Counted from the stretch's first letter, positions 10,701 through 18,124 are shown. The stretch is DNA of 45,708 nt from a virus (IMGVR_UViG_3300037796_000113:1-45708); one strand, 5' to 3'. The notes: generated by a model from the letters alone, not told the origin. A program made the numbers and translations.

Positions 10701-10786
10701 ACGTCCCGCAGGCAAAGACCCGGGCGAATCTGATCAATCAATTGAAGCGATCCGCTGGCTACAAGCGAGTTATGGGAGAGAGATGA
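7760..10786 (+). CDS. Polyvalent protein: HipA-like kinase + ART-PolyVal-like ADP-ribosyltransferase + unknown C-terminal domain, separated by tag repeats
   Basis: Kinase: LGGTTGGA, EYTANRIY..LGVPAP, DALLGNWDV, RIDNGGAL. ART: FKSWFGDW..SKVVD..G.P..VYHGT..GFYFT..VYLNIRNP..GYDG..FEPTQIKS..GTFD. Three tag copies. Confidence 0.8.
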   Translation: MSKYLRKYWKNNRWHYSLAAQTGLEKSNEYPPGTIRTHGGIQKMKTVKGDWVPVSTGKQSGGPPKYTKIKNLGGTTGGAYLVELESGEKKVLKRSTSPSHLKEEYTANRIYDVLGVPAPKARLYREGSDVMQMTDYIEGTPLGELSGEERAEAEESLREGFVADALLGNWDVLGTGDDNILWDGETAWRIDNGGALRYRAQGAQKGSKFGPEVTELDTLRDPKRSAARVFGSVTDEEIARQASEIIAKRDQILDAIADPDLRETMSKRIDSLAEQTGLAKSKGYPPGTIRTHGRVKKMKLYDGSWIPVKKLQAKADKPAGKTTDSLSTPSMEWKRKGVKAQVFKSWFGDWENDPEHASKVVDNQGRPQEQHNASRLSETPKPVYHGTATGGYTQFDPEKASEGNLYGAGFYFTEDQGIANEYLEKEDTADNVEIDHPFTPEESDEIRSYIEQISNSPRFKDEYTGDAKRTVLIEFLQPYGFYRENGRTRILTDHFVRSALARGGPLAEDVATKLDELGIDYEIRGRPQVYEVYLNIRNPFDLERDKVSVSIIPSAAERRIKEGGSATDELTYRSILKLMYPENRRMKGLAAMRGKEELNKALRDMGYDGFTHIGGRNMGTREHRVWIAFEPTQIKSTSNEGTFDPKNPDINKSLMEVFSELIKARGVKAQIGEIVVRKDGRRVQKVGPNKWKRISGKQNPTTKQREEKIEDRGEEIFDEVIAGHGLPSMVAQEVMEDQFNIRSYDDLVQFVQGQARKPSAKIAQRKDAGQNPLSKLYQSVKSELQNEFKERYGDRGDAITGAGQNMLKQLASLLIDLRDVHKQPLSEEQKLTVRYGTAAGKQSVQYKKPEESDVPQEAKQAAAKKLKGWDGKNLPSVSKVRQLTKTKWAQVTKGKIDPKRKFVIRGAVGANITSNKGIIVPFRESEEGIKVYLEQRKSGKKSTGKQTSGAGKKSPHRKTTMVSQVEVTVPYALAEDFLLQNVPQAKTRANLINQLKRSAGYKRVMGER

Positions 10787-11001
10787 TGTTCAAAGAGACG
10801 CCGAACATGGGAACCCAATTCGATGAATGGTGTCAGCGCTACGGTCGCACGCGCCCGACACAGGAGATCATCGATGCCCTTAATACTGATCTATTGACCG
10901 GGATCGCGGCGGTGAAGGCACACGCTCGGCACCAGAATATGCAGACGACGAACGTCTATCGAGACTTCATTACCTTTTCCTCCGGACGGGGCAACAAATA
11001 G
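10783..11001 (+). CDS. Small protein resembling the C-terminal motif of a tyrosine recombinase (possible remnant)
   Basis: VKAHARHQNMQTTNVY resembles the LGH...TT..Y box; only 72 aa, with no R or HxxR motifs. Confidence 0.4.
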   Translation: MMFKETPNMGTQFDEWCQRYGRTRPTQEIIDALNTDLLTGIAAVKAHARHQNMQTTNVYRDFITFSSGRGNK

Positions 11002-11010
11002 GAGTCGTAC

Positions 11011-11544
11011 ATGAAACTGATAGTGAAGGCCAAGTATACACGCCGTTGGAAGGGCCCTGATGGAAAGTGGAGGTACTCATATGGTGAGAAAGGTCGAAAG
11101 ACGTCAGGAGCCAAGAAACCAGAGCGAGTGGCGATGAACGTCAAAATGGGTCTCGGTAGTGAAGCTACTAGGGTTACTCCCTCGAAGTGGAAAGACGTCT
11201 ATACCCTCACTGCTGGAAAGTCTGGCGGTAAGGTGAATGTTACTCGATACAAACTAGGTCGTAAGCATATCGCAGATCAGTTTCGGATGTACGGCTCGAC
11301 CTTTGCTGTTCACAAGAAGCTCGGTCCGGAAGGCCTTACAGATACTGGTTGGACGGTAACCGAACTCAGTACGGGGCATGCTATTGCTCATGGAACAAGT
11401 CCGGTGAAGGCCACTGAGAAAGCGTATACGAAAATGATTCATAGGGGGAAAGACTACTTTCAGAAAATGGTAGGTCGCGCCAAGACAAAGATGGGGATGG
11501 TCGATTTCCTCACAGGCCCAGACGAAGTCATTGAATTGAAATAG
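11011..11544 (+). CDS. Basic tagged hypothetical protein
   Basis: AGGAG SD; begins MKLIVKAKYTRRWKGPDGKWRYSY; C-terminal W.VTE.STG domain shared with the 4207 ORF. Confidence 0.7.
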   Translation: MKLIVKAKYTRRWKGPDGKWRYSYGEKGRKTSGAKKPERVAMNVKMGLGSEATRVTPSKWKDVYTLTAGKSGGKVNVTRYKLGRKHIADQFRMYGSTFAVHKKLGPEGLTDTGWTVTELSTGHAIAHGTSPVKATEKAYTKMIHRGKDYFQKMVGRAKTKMGMVDFLTGPDEVIELK

Positions 11545-11547
11545 CCT

Positions 11548-12801
11548 ATGTGCCAATACTGCGGCGATCCCACACACGAGCCGGTGGGTGAGGACGACAA
11601 GATCGTCATCGAGATCAACCACCCATTCGTCAATGGGGAGCAGAAATACCACCAAGCAATCTCCGTTCTCTCCAAGGCGTACAAGAAGCCCGAACCCTTC
11701 AGCGACGAGACCCTCTCCAAGGAGGTCTCCCCGTACGCAGCCGTGCGTGATCTCGAGCACGAGTCCAAGGAGCGGGTCTCAATTCTTCTACTAGAGTTAT
11801 TCGACCAGATTCGATATCGGTGGCTGAACTTGAGCAAGGCGAGGGACGATGACAAGCCGTTTAAGCTCGACGGTCGCATCTTCATCAACCCAAAGACCGG
11901 CAAGCCACTGACCAAGAAACAGTGGAAGCAGATCAAGAAAGACCTCACCCGTGCGTTCGGGATCATCTATCAGCAGGAAGAGGAGCGCATCGTAAAGGTG
12001 GCGATGGCGCTGGGAAAGATGTTAAATCAGACTTCAGTATCGAAGGCGATCAAGTCACCGTTCTCATCGTTCAACCTGACTACTAAGATCGCCTCTCAGA
12101 CCCTTGCGACTCCACCATATTACTCCGCACTCGAGTTCGCCGAGCAACAGGCCGGGGAGGCGATTACCGATCTCACCAATCGCAGCTTCAAGAAGATTCA
12201 CGACACCATCGTGGAGGCACAGAAGAATCGCACCGGGTCGAAGCGTCTGGAGCGCGACCTCTTCTACCAATTTGGGGATATGAATCGGGACTGGCGCATG
12301 ATCGCCGAGACTGAGATCGCAAACAACGTGAACAACGGACAACTGATCACAGAAATTGAGCGACAGAAAGAGAAAGACCCAAAGAAGCCGGTCTACATGA
12401 AAGGCATCTCGGCCCCAGACGCCTGTGAGTGGTGTCGCTCCCGGGTGAACAATCAGGTGGTGGTACTCCTCGAACGGCCCCCGGGGAATGGAACCGACAC
12501 GGTCACCCGTGACGGGAAAGCGTACACTGCGATTTGGCCCGGGAAGAGTAATGTGGGACGAAAGCGAGCGAACTGGTGGGTAGCCTCGGGGGCGCAGCAT
12601 CCTCATTGTCGATGCACGTGGAATCGGCACACCCCGGGGTTCGAGAAATACGACAAGATGCTCGACGAGGCCATGGCCGAAGCGTCGAAGAAGTGGAAGG
12701 AAGAGCACCCCGTTGAGCAGGCAAAGGAGGACTGGAAGCGCAAGAACAAAGAGCTATACGACCGGATGAAGGTAGAAGACCTCAAGGCCCGCAAGGGCTA
12801 A
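11548..12801 (+). CDS. MuF/SPP1 gp7-like minor head morphogenesis protein
   Basis: RDWRMIAETE, DACEWC, HPHCRC motifs; position upstream of the protease. Confidence 0.8.
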   Translation: MCQYCGDPTHEPVGEDDKIVIEINHPFVNGEQKYHQAISVLSKAYKKPEPFSDETLSKEVSPYAAVRDLEHESKERVSILLLELFDQIRYRWLNLSKARDDDKPFKLDGRIFINPKTGKPLTKKQWKQIKKDLTRAFGIIYQQEEERIVKVAMALGKMLNQTSVSKAIKSPFSSFNLTTKIASQTLATPPYYSALEFAEQQAGEAITDLTNRSFKKIHDTIVEAQKNRTGSKRLERDLFYQFGDMNRDWRMIAETEIANNVNNGQLITEIERQKEKDPKKPVYMKGISAPDACEWCRSRVNNQVVVLLERPPGNGTDTVTRDGKAYTAIWPGKSNVGRKRANWWVASGAQHPHCRCTWNRHTPGFEKYDKMLDEAMAEASKKWKEEHPVEQAKEDWKRKNKELYDRMKVEDLKARKG

Positions 12802-12803
12802 CG

Positions 12804-12827
12804 TCCACAGATAGTGGATGCTATACT
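12804..12827 (+). promoter_or_regulatory. Possible extended -10 promoter (TGcTATACT) with adjacent short inverted repeat
   Basis: TG 12819-20, TATACT 12822-27; TCCAC-N5-GTGGA at 12804-12818; intergenic. Confidence 0.4.
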
Positions 12828-12854
12828 GCTAGTAGATGAATTGGAGGAAGACCA

Positions 12855-13295
12855 ATGAAGTTGAGTGATCTGTACGCGGCCCTGAAATACATTGCATCGG
12901 TGGCACTTGAACCGTACGAGATGGACGAGTTTGACCGGCACGTGGAAATCCGTGGTCAGTCTGAGGGAGATTTTGCACGGGCACTGCGCTATGTGGCAAG
13001 CGTGACCCTCGGAACCAGTGAGTTCGCTGAGTTCGATTCAGAGATGCGATATCATGATGCTGAGAACCTTCGCGCCGCGATCTACAATCTCGCTGGGCGG
13101 GTACTCGTCGGCGGCCACATGGCAGAGTTTCGGGCATTCTTTCCCGACATCGAGACCCCGGGATCAGTAACGGAGGTTGCACCAGAGCCGCAGCCTGAGC
13201 CGGTCGAACCGGAACCCGATTCGGAAGATGAACCGGAATCCGAAGAAGAGTCTGAGCCAGAAGAGGAACCAGAAGAGGAACCAGAAGAGGAATAG
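12855..13295 (+). CDS. Hypothetical protein with three helical repeats and an E/P-rich acidic tail
   Basis: GGAGG SD; LYAALKYIASVAL / FARALRYVASVTL / LRAAIYNLAGRVL; tail encoded by (CCAGAAGAGGAA)x3 at 13257-13292. Confidence 0.7.
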   Translation: MKLSDLYAALKYIASVALEPYEMDEFDRHVEIRGQSEGDFARALRYVASVTLGTSEFAEFDSEMRYHDAENLRAAIYNLAGRVLVGGHMAEFRAFFPDIETPGSVTEVAPEPQPEPVEPEPDSEDEPESEEESEPEEEPEEEPEEE

Positions 13296-13628
13296 ATGCC
13301 TAAGACAATTCACGGCCAGCCGGTAGATGAAGAAAAGTGGGAACGCGCAAAGCAACTCGCGGCAGAGGAGGGTCATGCCGGTGAGTACGATTACATCATG
13401 GGCATCTACAAACGGATGGCGGGAATTGAGAAATCTCAGGGCATTGACCCAGAAACTAATACGGGCTACGATAAATCCAGACGGTTGGTAGTGAGATTCA
13501 AGAAATCCACTACCCAGCGTTGTGAGAAGTGTAACGCCACGCTTTTTCGAGCGCGTGGCGACCTGAAGAAGAGCGGGGTCGACATCGACATTAAATGTCG
13601 TCGATGTGGCCACATGAACCACTTCTGA
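13296..13628 (+). CDS. Small helical domain fused to a Mu Com-like C4 zinc finger
   Basis: RCEKCNATLF...IDIKCRRCGHMN matches the Com-family pattern (RCxxCxxLL...xIKCxRCxxxN). Confidence 0.75.
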   Translation: MPKTIHGQPVDEEKWERAKQLAAEEGHAGEYDYIMGIYKRMAGIEKSQGIDPETNTGYDKSRRLVVRFKKSTTQRCEKCNATLFRARGDLKKSGVDIDIKCRRCGHMNHF

Positions 13629-13645
13629 GGAAGTAGAGCCCATTG

Positions 13646-13687
13646 AGGCCTGTTTGTGCACCACCGGTGCGCACACAGGCCTTTTTT
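13646..13687 (+). terminator. Intrinsic terminator-like hairpin directly upstream of the protease RBS
   Basis: AGGCCTGT/ACAGGCCT outer stem plus TGTGCACC/GGTGCGCA inner stem, followed by T6. Confidence 0.7.
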
Positions 13688-13701
13688 GTAGGGGAGAGAG
13701 C

Positions 13702-14628
13702 ATGGACGAACAGACAGCGATGGAGTTCAAAGCACCCATGCCCGGTGAGGGTGATGTTCTCATCAAGGCTGAAGAAGGCCCCAACGGTGAGTGGATCGTC
13801 TACCTCGAGGCTTCCCGGGAGACTCCGGATCAGGAGGGGGAAACCCTTGAATCTGGGGCCCTGAAGAAGGCCGCCGAGCACTTTCTCGCGCACGGGGTCG
13901 TCTCGTGGGATCATATGCACAAGTCGGGTGAACGAGACCCGAAGTACATCATTGGTGAGCCCCTCGACGTCCAGTTCACCAATGATGGACGCACACTGGT
14001 GAAGGCCCGGCTGTATCGCGAGAACAAGATTGCGCAGTCTCTGTGGGACAACATCAAGTCCGGTGCGAAGCGGCTGGGGGCCAGTGTGGGTGGTGGAATC
14101 CTCAAGAAGGCCGCCTCAAAGATCAAGCAGGTGGTGTGGGACGAGATCGCGATCACCCACAAGCCGGTACACGATGCGACCCTCGGAAACGTAAGCATGG
14201 TTCCGTTCACCGAGTTCGCCAAGGCCATCGAGTACTGTAACGGGTACTCGACCGTCATTGACATGGATTACGACATCAGCCACGAGACCTATCTGGAGTC
14301 GATGTCGGACAGAATGAGAGAACGCTATGAGGGCAACCCACTTATCAAGGCGCTCATGGCTGGCTCCGGGGTAGATGCTTCCCAGTTCGAAGGCGGACGG
14401 GCACTAACAGGTGAGAGCCTACAGGGTGCGGTTACCAAGATCGATGAGGAAGAGCTTCGGGGCATTTACAAGTCGGTCATTATGGGAATGATCGACGGCT
14501 CGATCAAGAGCTACAACGATATGGTAAGCGAGGTTCTGGAGAAGGGGTATCCTGAGGAGACCTCTCGCCGGATCATCGAAACAATCGCAACAAATGCTTC
14601 CAGCGTTGCTGGGCAGTTGCGGGATTAA
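13702..14628 (+). CDS. Prohead (maturation) protease
   Basis: ASRETPDQEGE, WDH, IIGEP, LGASVGG, EIAITHKPVH (HK97-type protease motifs); start set at ATG 13702 after GGGGAG. Confidence 0.85.
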   Translation: MDEQTAMEFKAPMPGEGDVLIKAEEGPNGEWIVYLEASRETPDQEGETLESGALKKAAEHFLAHGVVSWDHMHKSGERDPKYIIGEPLDVQFTNDGRTLVKARLYRENKIAQSLWDNIKSGAKRLGASVGGGILKKAASKIKQVVWDEIAITHKPVHDATLGNVSMVPFTEFAKAIEYCNGYSTVIDMDYDISHETYLESMSDRMRERYEGNPLIKALMAGSGVDASQFEGGRALTGESLQGAVTKIDEEELRGIYKSVIMGMIDGSIKSYNDMVSEVLEKGYPEETSRRIIETIATNASSVAGQLRD

Positions 14629-14645
14629 CCCATAGGGGGAAACAC

Positions 14646-15380
14646 ATGGGACAGAATGACCAGAATCCGGTCGTTTCCGAAGAGGAGCTGGAGAAGTCCT
14701 TTACCGACGCTCTGGCTGAACTCAGTAAGGCCATCGAAGACCGTCCCGGGCTGCAGAAGGCTGGGGGCGATGAGCTGTCCAAGGGCGGCAAGAAGAAAGT
14801 GGCCAAGGCTGATGATGAGGAATACGATGACGAGGATGAGGGCGACGAGAAAGACGAAGAGGACGAGGGTGAGGAAGACGAGCCCGAAGATCGCCAAAAG
14901 TCGCTCGAAGACCTCGAGGACGAGCTTCGAAAGAGCGAGGACGAAGATGTGGCGGGAGCCCTCGACGTCTCCCCGCTTTTGCAGCAGCTCGTAAAGTCCA
15001 TCGGCGGCCGCGACGAGTATTTCGAGGAGCGGCTTGATCGCCTCGAGCGCATCGTCAAGGCACAGGCCCGTGTTCTTGAAGCACAGGCCAGTTTGGCAAA
15101 GAGCACGCATGAGGAGACGCGGCGTATCGCCCAGACGCCGGTCGGCACCAATAGCGTGTTCAGCTTGCAGAAATCTCGGTTCGACGAGCGCGACCTCTCC
15201 AATGTCGACGGCAATGAGGTAAAGCTCGCTTCTACGAAGTGGCTTTCCAAAGGTAAAATCGACATTAACGAGGCCGGACGCATCGAGTTCCGTGCCAACA
15301 AGGGTACGCTGTTCAAGAGCGGCGACCAACTCGATCAGAAGGTCGAGAAACTCCTGAAGTCCGAAAAGGGGGATGAGTAA
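14646..15380 (+). CDS. Capsid scaffolding protein
   Basis: Acidic, coiled-coil, between protease and capsid; more than ten hydrophobic-x-K-[S/A/G] sites (LEKS, LSKA, LQKA, LSKG, LRKS, LVKS, LAKS, LQKS, LFKS, LLKS). Confidence 0.8.
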   Translation: MGQNDQNPVVSEEELEKSFTDALAELSKAIEDRPGLQKAGGDELSKGGKKKVAKADDEEYDDEDEGDEKDEEDEGEEDEPEDRQKSLEDLEDELRKSEDEDVAGALDVSPLLQQLVKSIGGRDEYFEERLDRLERIVKAQARVLEAQASLAKSTHEETRRIAQTPVGTNSVFSLQKSRFDERDLSNVDGNEVKLASTKWLSKGKIDINEAGRIEFRANKGTLFKSGDQLDQKVEKLLKSEKGDE

Positions 15381-16764
15381 CATGAACGGTACTGATACTT
15401 TTCTCAACTCCATTGAACAGGACTATTCGGGCTACGCTATGGCTCAGGGCGAGAGCCTCGAGATGCTGAATAAGGCGCTCGAAGCAGGTAGCGGCGTAGA
15501 CGCATCCGGTTTTACCGGCGGTCGTGCGCTCATCCCCGAAAGTCTGGACAACACGCTTGTCAACATCCTGTGGAATCAGGATGAGGCTGTCCTGTTCCAG
15601 CGGCTGAAGAAGCAGCCGATCAAGAGCCCCGTGCACCAGTGGGACGTCCGCGACGAGGTGGGCGCAAACGACGGCGCGTGGGTTCCAGAAGGTGGTAACT
15701 CCGAAGAGGCAGATCAGACGATTGCCCGTAAGTTCGAGACCGCCAAGTACCTGCAGACGCTTCGCAAGGTGACCCTGCAGGCCTCGATCTCCAACATGAT
15801 CGAGAACGCCATGGTGCTCGAGCAGAACGCGGGTACCCTCTGGATCATTCGCAACGTCGAGACCTCGCTGTTCTACGGAAACGACGACTACGTCGCCGAA
15901 CAGCCAAATGGTCTCAACTCGCAGATTCCCGCGACCAACATTCTCGACCTGCGCGGTGCGAGCGCCGACAGTGCAACCTTCGAAAACACGGTCAATGAGG
16001 CCCAGCGGATTATCCGTGAAAACTTCGGTAAGGGCAGTCTCATGCTCATGTCGCCGAAGAACATGGAAGACTTCCAGCGGCTTCTGCGTGACCGCATCCG
16101 TGTCTCACCCGCCGAGGGTGGCATGGGCGCGTACGTGTTCGACCGGTATCCGACTACGTTCGGTACCCTCGAGCTGCGCGAAGACATCTTCATTCAGGAG
16201 GGTGCAGCTCCCTCCGCATCTACCCTGACCTCCAAGGTTCCGGGTAAGCCCTCGGTTGCTCTCGCAGCTAGTGGCTCTGGTAGCCAGTTCACCGCTGGTG
16301 ATGCAGGTACCTACAGCTACAAGATCGTGGCGGTCAACCGCTACGGTGACAGTGAGGCATCCGACGCTGCAACGCAGGCAGTAGCGGCCGGTGAGGAGGT
16401 TACCCTCACGGTGACCTATGGTTCCGGCGCGACCCCGAGCGCATTCAAGGTGTACCGACAAGACCCCGGTCAGTCGAGTCATCTCTATGCGTTCACCGTT
16501 ACCGCGCCCGCCGACGGCGGCACGATAACCGACACCAATGCCTATCTTCCGGGTACGTCGGACGTCTACATCCTGACCATGGGCCAGATGTACGATGCCA
16601 TCGAGTGGTTCCAGTTTCTCCCACTCATGAAGTTCGACCTTTATCCCACGAACGCGGCGGTCTATCCGTTCCTGATGCTCCTCTTTGGGGCGCTGGCGCT
16701 GAAGAAGCCCGTTCAGCACATCCGCATCAAGAACGTGGCACCGAGTTCTCTCGGCTGGTACTAA
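15373..16764 (+). CDS. Major capsid protein (SPO1/Twort-like, with Ig-like insertion); start may be 15382
   Basis: LNKAL.AG.G.D...GG.AL..ESLD N-terminus, E...FYGN motif, YSYKIVAVNRYGDSEAS insertion, 463 aa, synteny. Confidence 0.9.
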   Translation: MSNMNGTDTFLNSIEQDYSGYAMAQGESLEMLNKALEAGSGVDASGFTGGRALIPESLDNTLVNILWNQDEAVLFQRLKKQPIKSPVHQWDVRDEVGANDGAWVPEGGNSEEADQTIARKFETAKYLQTLRKVTLQASISNMIENAMVLEQNAGTLWIIRNVETSLFYGNDDYVAEQPNGLNSQIPATNILDLRGASADSATFENTVNEAQRIIRENFGKGSLMLMSPKNMEDFQRLLRDRIRVSPAEGGMGAYVFDRYPTTFGTLELREDIFIQEGAAPSASTLTSKVPGKPSVALAASGSGSQFTAGDAGTYSYKIVAVNRYGDSEASDAATQAVAAGEEVTLTVTYGSGATPSAFKVYRQDPGQSSHLYAFTVTAPADGGTITDTNAYLPGTSDVYILTMGQMYDAIEWFQFLPLMKFDLYPTNAAVYPFLMLLFGALALKKPVQHIRIKNVAPSSLGWY

Positions 16765-16775
16765 GCGGAACTCTC

Positions 16776-16824
16776 GCCTGTGAGTGAACAGGCACCCGGC
16801 CCCAATTAGGGGCCGGGTTACTTT
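16776..16824 (+). terminator. Tandem hairpins after the capsid gene (terminator/attenuator)
   Basis: GCCTGT-N6-ACAGGC (16776-93), then ACCCGGCCCC-N5-GGGGCCGGGT (16794-818) and a weak T tract. Confidence 0.65.
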
Positions 16825-16842
16825 CGAATATGGAGGCTGACA

Positions 16843-17133
16843 ATGGCCAATTTCAGAGACAGGCTCTCGAGAGCATTTCCGGTGTGGAGTGACATGCTGA
16901 AGCGATCCAAGTCGATCATCGATCAGACCACGGCATCGGGTGCAGCAGCGGGTGATGTCACTGTGACCGGTATCAAGCCCGGAGACGAACTGGTATCGGT
17001 GATCAATCTCTCCGATGCGGCAGACCTCACTTCGGAGTTTACGATCACCGCAGCCGACACAATTAACAATGCTGGTGGTACCTCTACCGATACGGACAAT
17101 CTGCTCGTGACATGGGTCAAATACGCCGAATAA
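16843..17133 (+). CDS. Putative capsid decoration/structural protein
   Basis: GGAGG SD; beta-rich T/A/G composition; directly after the capsid gene. Confidence 0.6.
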   Translation: MANFRDRLSRAFPVWSDMLKRSKSIIDQTTASGAAAGDVTVTGIKPGDELVSVINLSDAADLTSEFTITAADTINNAGGTSTDTDNLLVTWVKYAE

Positions 17134-17143
17134 GGGGTGAACA

Positions 17144-17668
17144 ATGCCTGCGACGGTTCAGATAGTTGAGACAAATGGCGCAGCCCCGGGTACTGACACC
17201 ATTGGGGTAAACAACCTGAACTTCGGTAGTGTGGATGAGGCAAACATTGATCCGGCGGTCAATCCTATCACCGCACAGGCGGATGGCCATAGCTTTGAGA
17301 AGTGGATTAGAATGTACGTCTCTGCTCTTGGGGGAAGTACACAGGTCGATAATCTAAAGGTGTGGGTCTCCGACCTCGGTGGTGGGTACGCTACCGGTGA
17401 GGGCATAAGTACGAACCTACGGGAAACCGGGTATTCGCAGGCATCGTATGCTGATCCGGTGCAATCAGATTCGTCGGTTGCTACTGAGGCAATGCCAACT
17501 ACCGAACCCACTGGTGCGAACCTCGGAATTGGGGGTTCGCTTCTTGGTGTAATCACCTCGGCTCCAGCATCAAGCGATTATGCGGTGCTACAGATGGATG
17601 TCACCGAACTGACCCCGGCGGGTCCGGTGAACCAGAAGACAATCACGTTCCAGTGGGACGAGATATAA
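17144..17668 (+). CDS. Putative virion structural protein
   Basis: GGGGTG SD; beta-rich 174 aa ending ITFQWDEI. Confidence 0.6.
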   Translation: MPATVQIVETNGAAPGTDTIGVNNLNFGSVDEANIDPAVNPITAQADGHSFEKWIRMYVSALGGSTQVDNLKVWVSDLGGGYATGEGISTNLRETGYSQASYADPVQSDSSVATEAMPTTEPTGANLGIGGSLLGVITSAPASSDYAVLQMDVTELTPAGPVNQKTITFQWDEI

Positions 17669-17746
17669 TGTACAAAATAGAGAGAATGGCATGAAGCAGG
17701 GGTCATGGATTGCCCCTGCTTCCTTGCTCTACGGGGGCATGCAAAA

Positions 17747-18124
17747 ATGAGAGTAGAGCTGATCGCCCGGGGTGAGAACGAGGCACCCCGGCCGATGTCA
17801 TTTGAAGAGGCCTCGGAACTCCGAAGGGGGTTGAAACTGGCGGTGTTGTTGTGGAACGAGAACTCGTATCTCGTCAGCATCGATCCGGAACGATTCACGG
17901 TAAACGGTGGTCGATATCTGCCGTTTCCGTATGAGGGATACACCGATCCGGTGCTGATCATCGGTCGCAGGCACCAACAGGATGTGTCGGTAAGCGGAGA
18001 GCACGGTGAATACCGACTCTCCTACCTTCTCGGCATCGAGGCGATGAAAGACGGGAAGAAAGTCGAGCTGCTTCTTGTGGTATCAAACGACGGGAAGCAT
18101 TATGAGTGGAGGACGAAGCGATGA
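17747..18124 (+). CDS. Hypothetical protein
   Basis: Start likely ATG 17747 (GGGGG upstream); ATGA overlap with the next gene. Confidence 0.55.
   Translation: MRVELIARGENEAPRPMSFEEASELRRGLKLAVLLWNENSYLVSIDPERFTVNGGRYLPFPYEGYTDPVLIIGRRHQQDVSVSGEHGEYRLSYLLGIEAMKDGKKVELLLVVSNDGKHYEWRTKR

Noticed and set aside
10783-11001. Functional integrase implying a prophage
   Set aside because: Too short, lacks the other catalytic residues; no att site or host genes are visible.
13257-13292. 12-bp x3 tandem repeat as a regulatory or contingency locus
   Set aside because: In frame; simply encodes the PEEE acidic tail.
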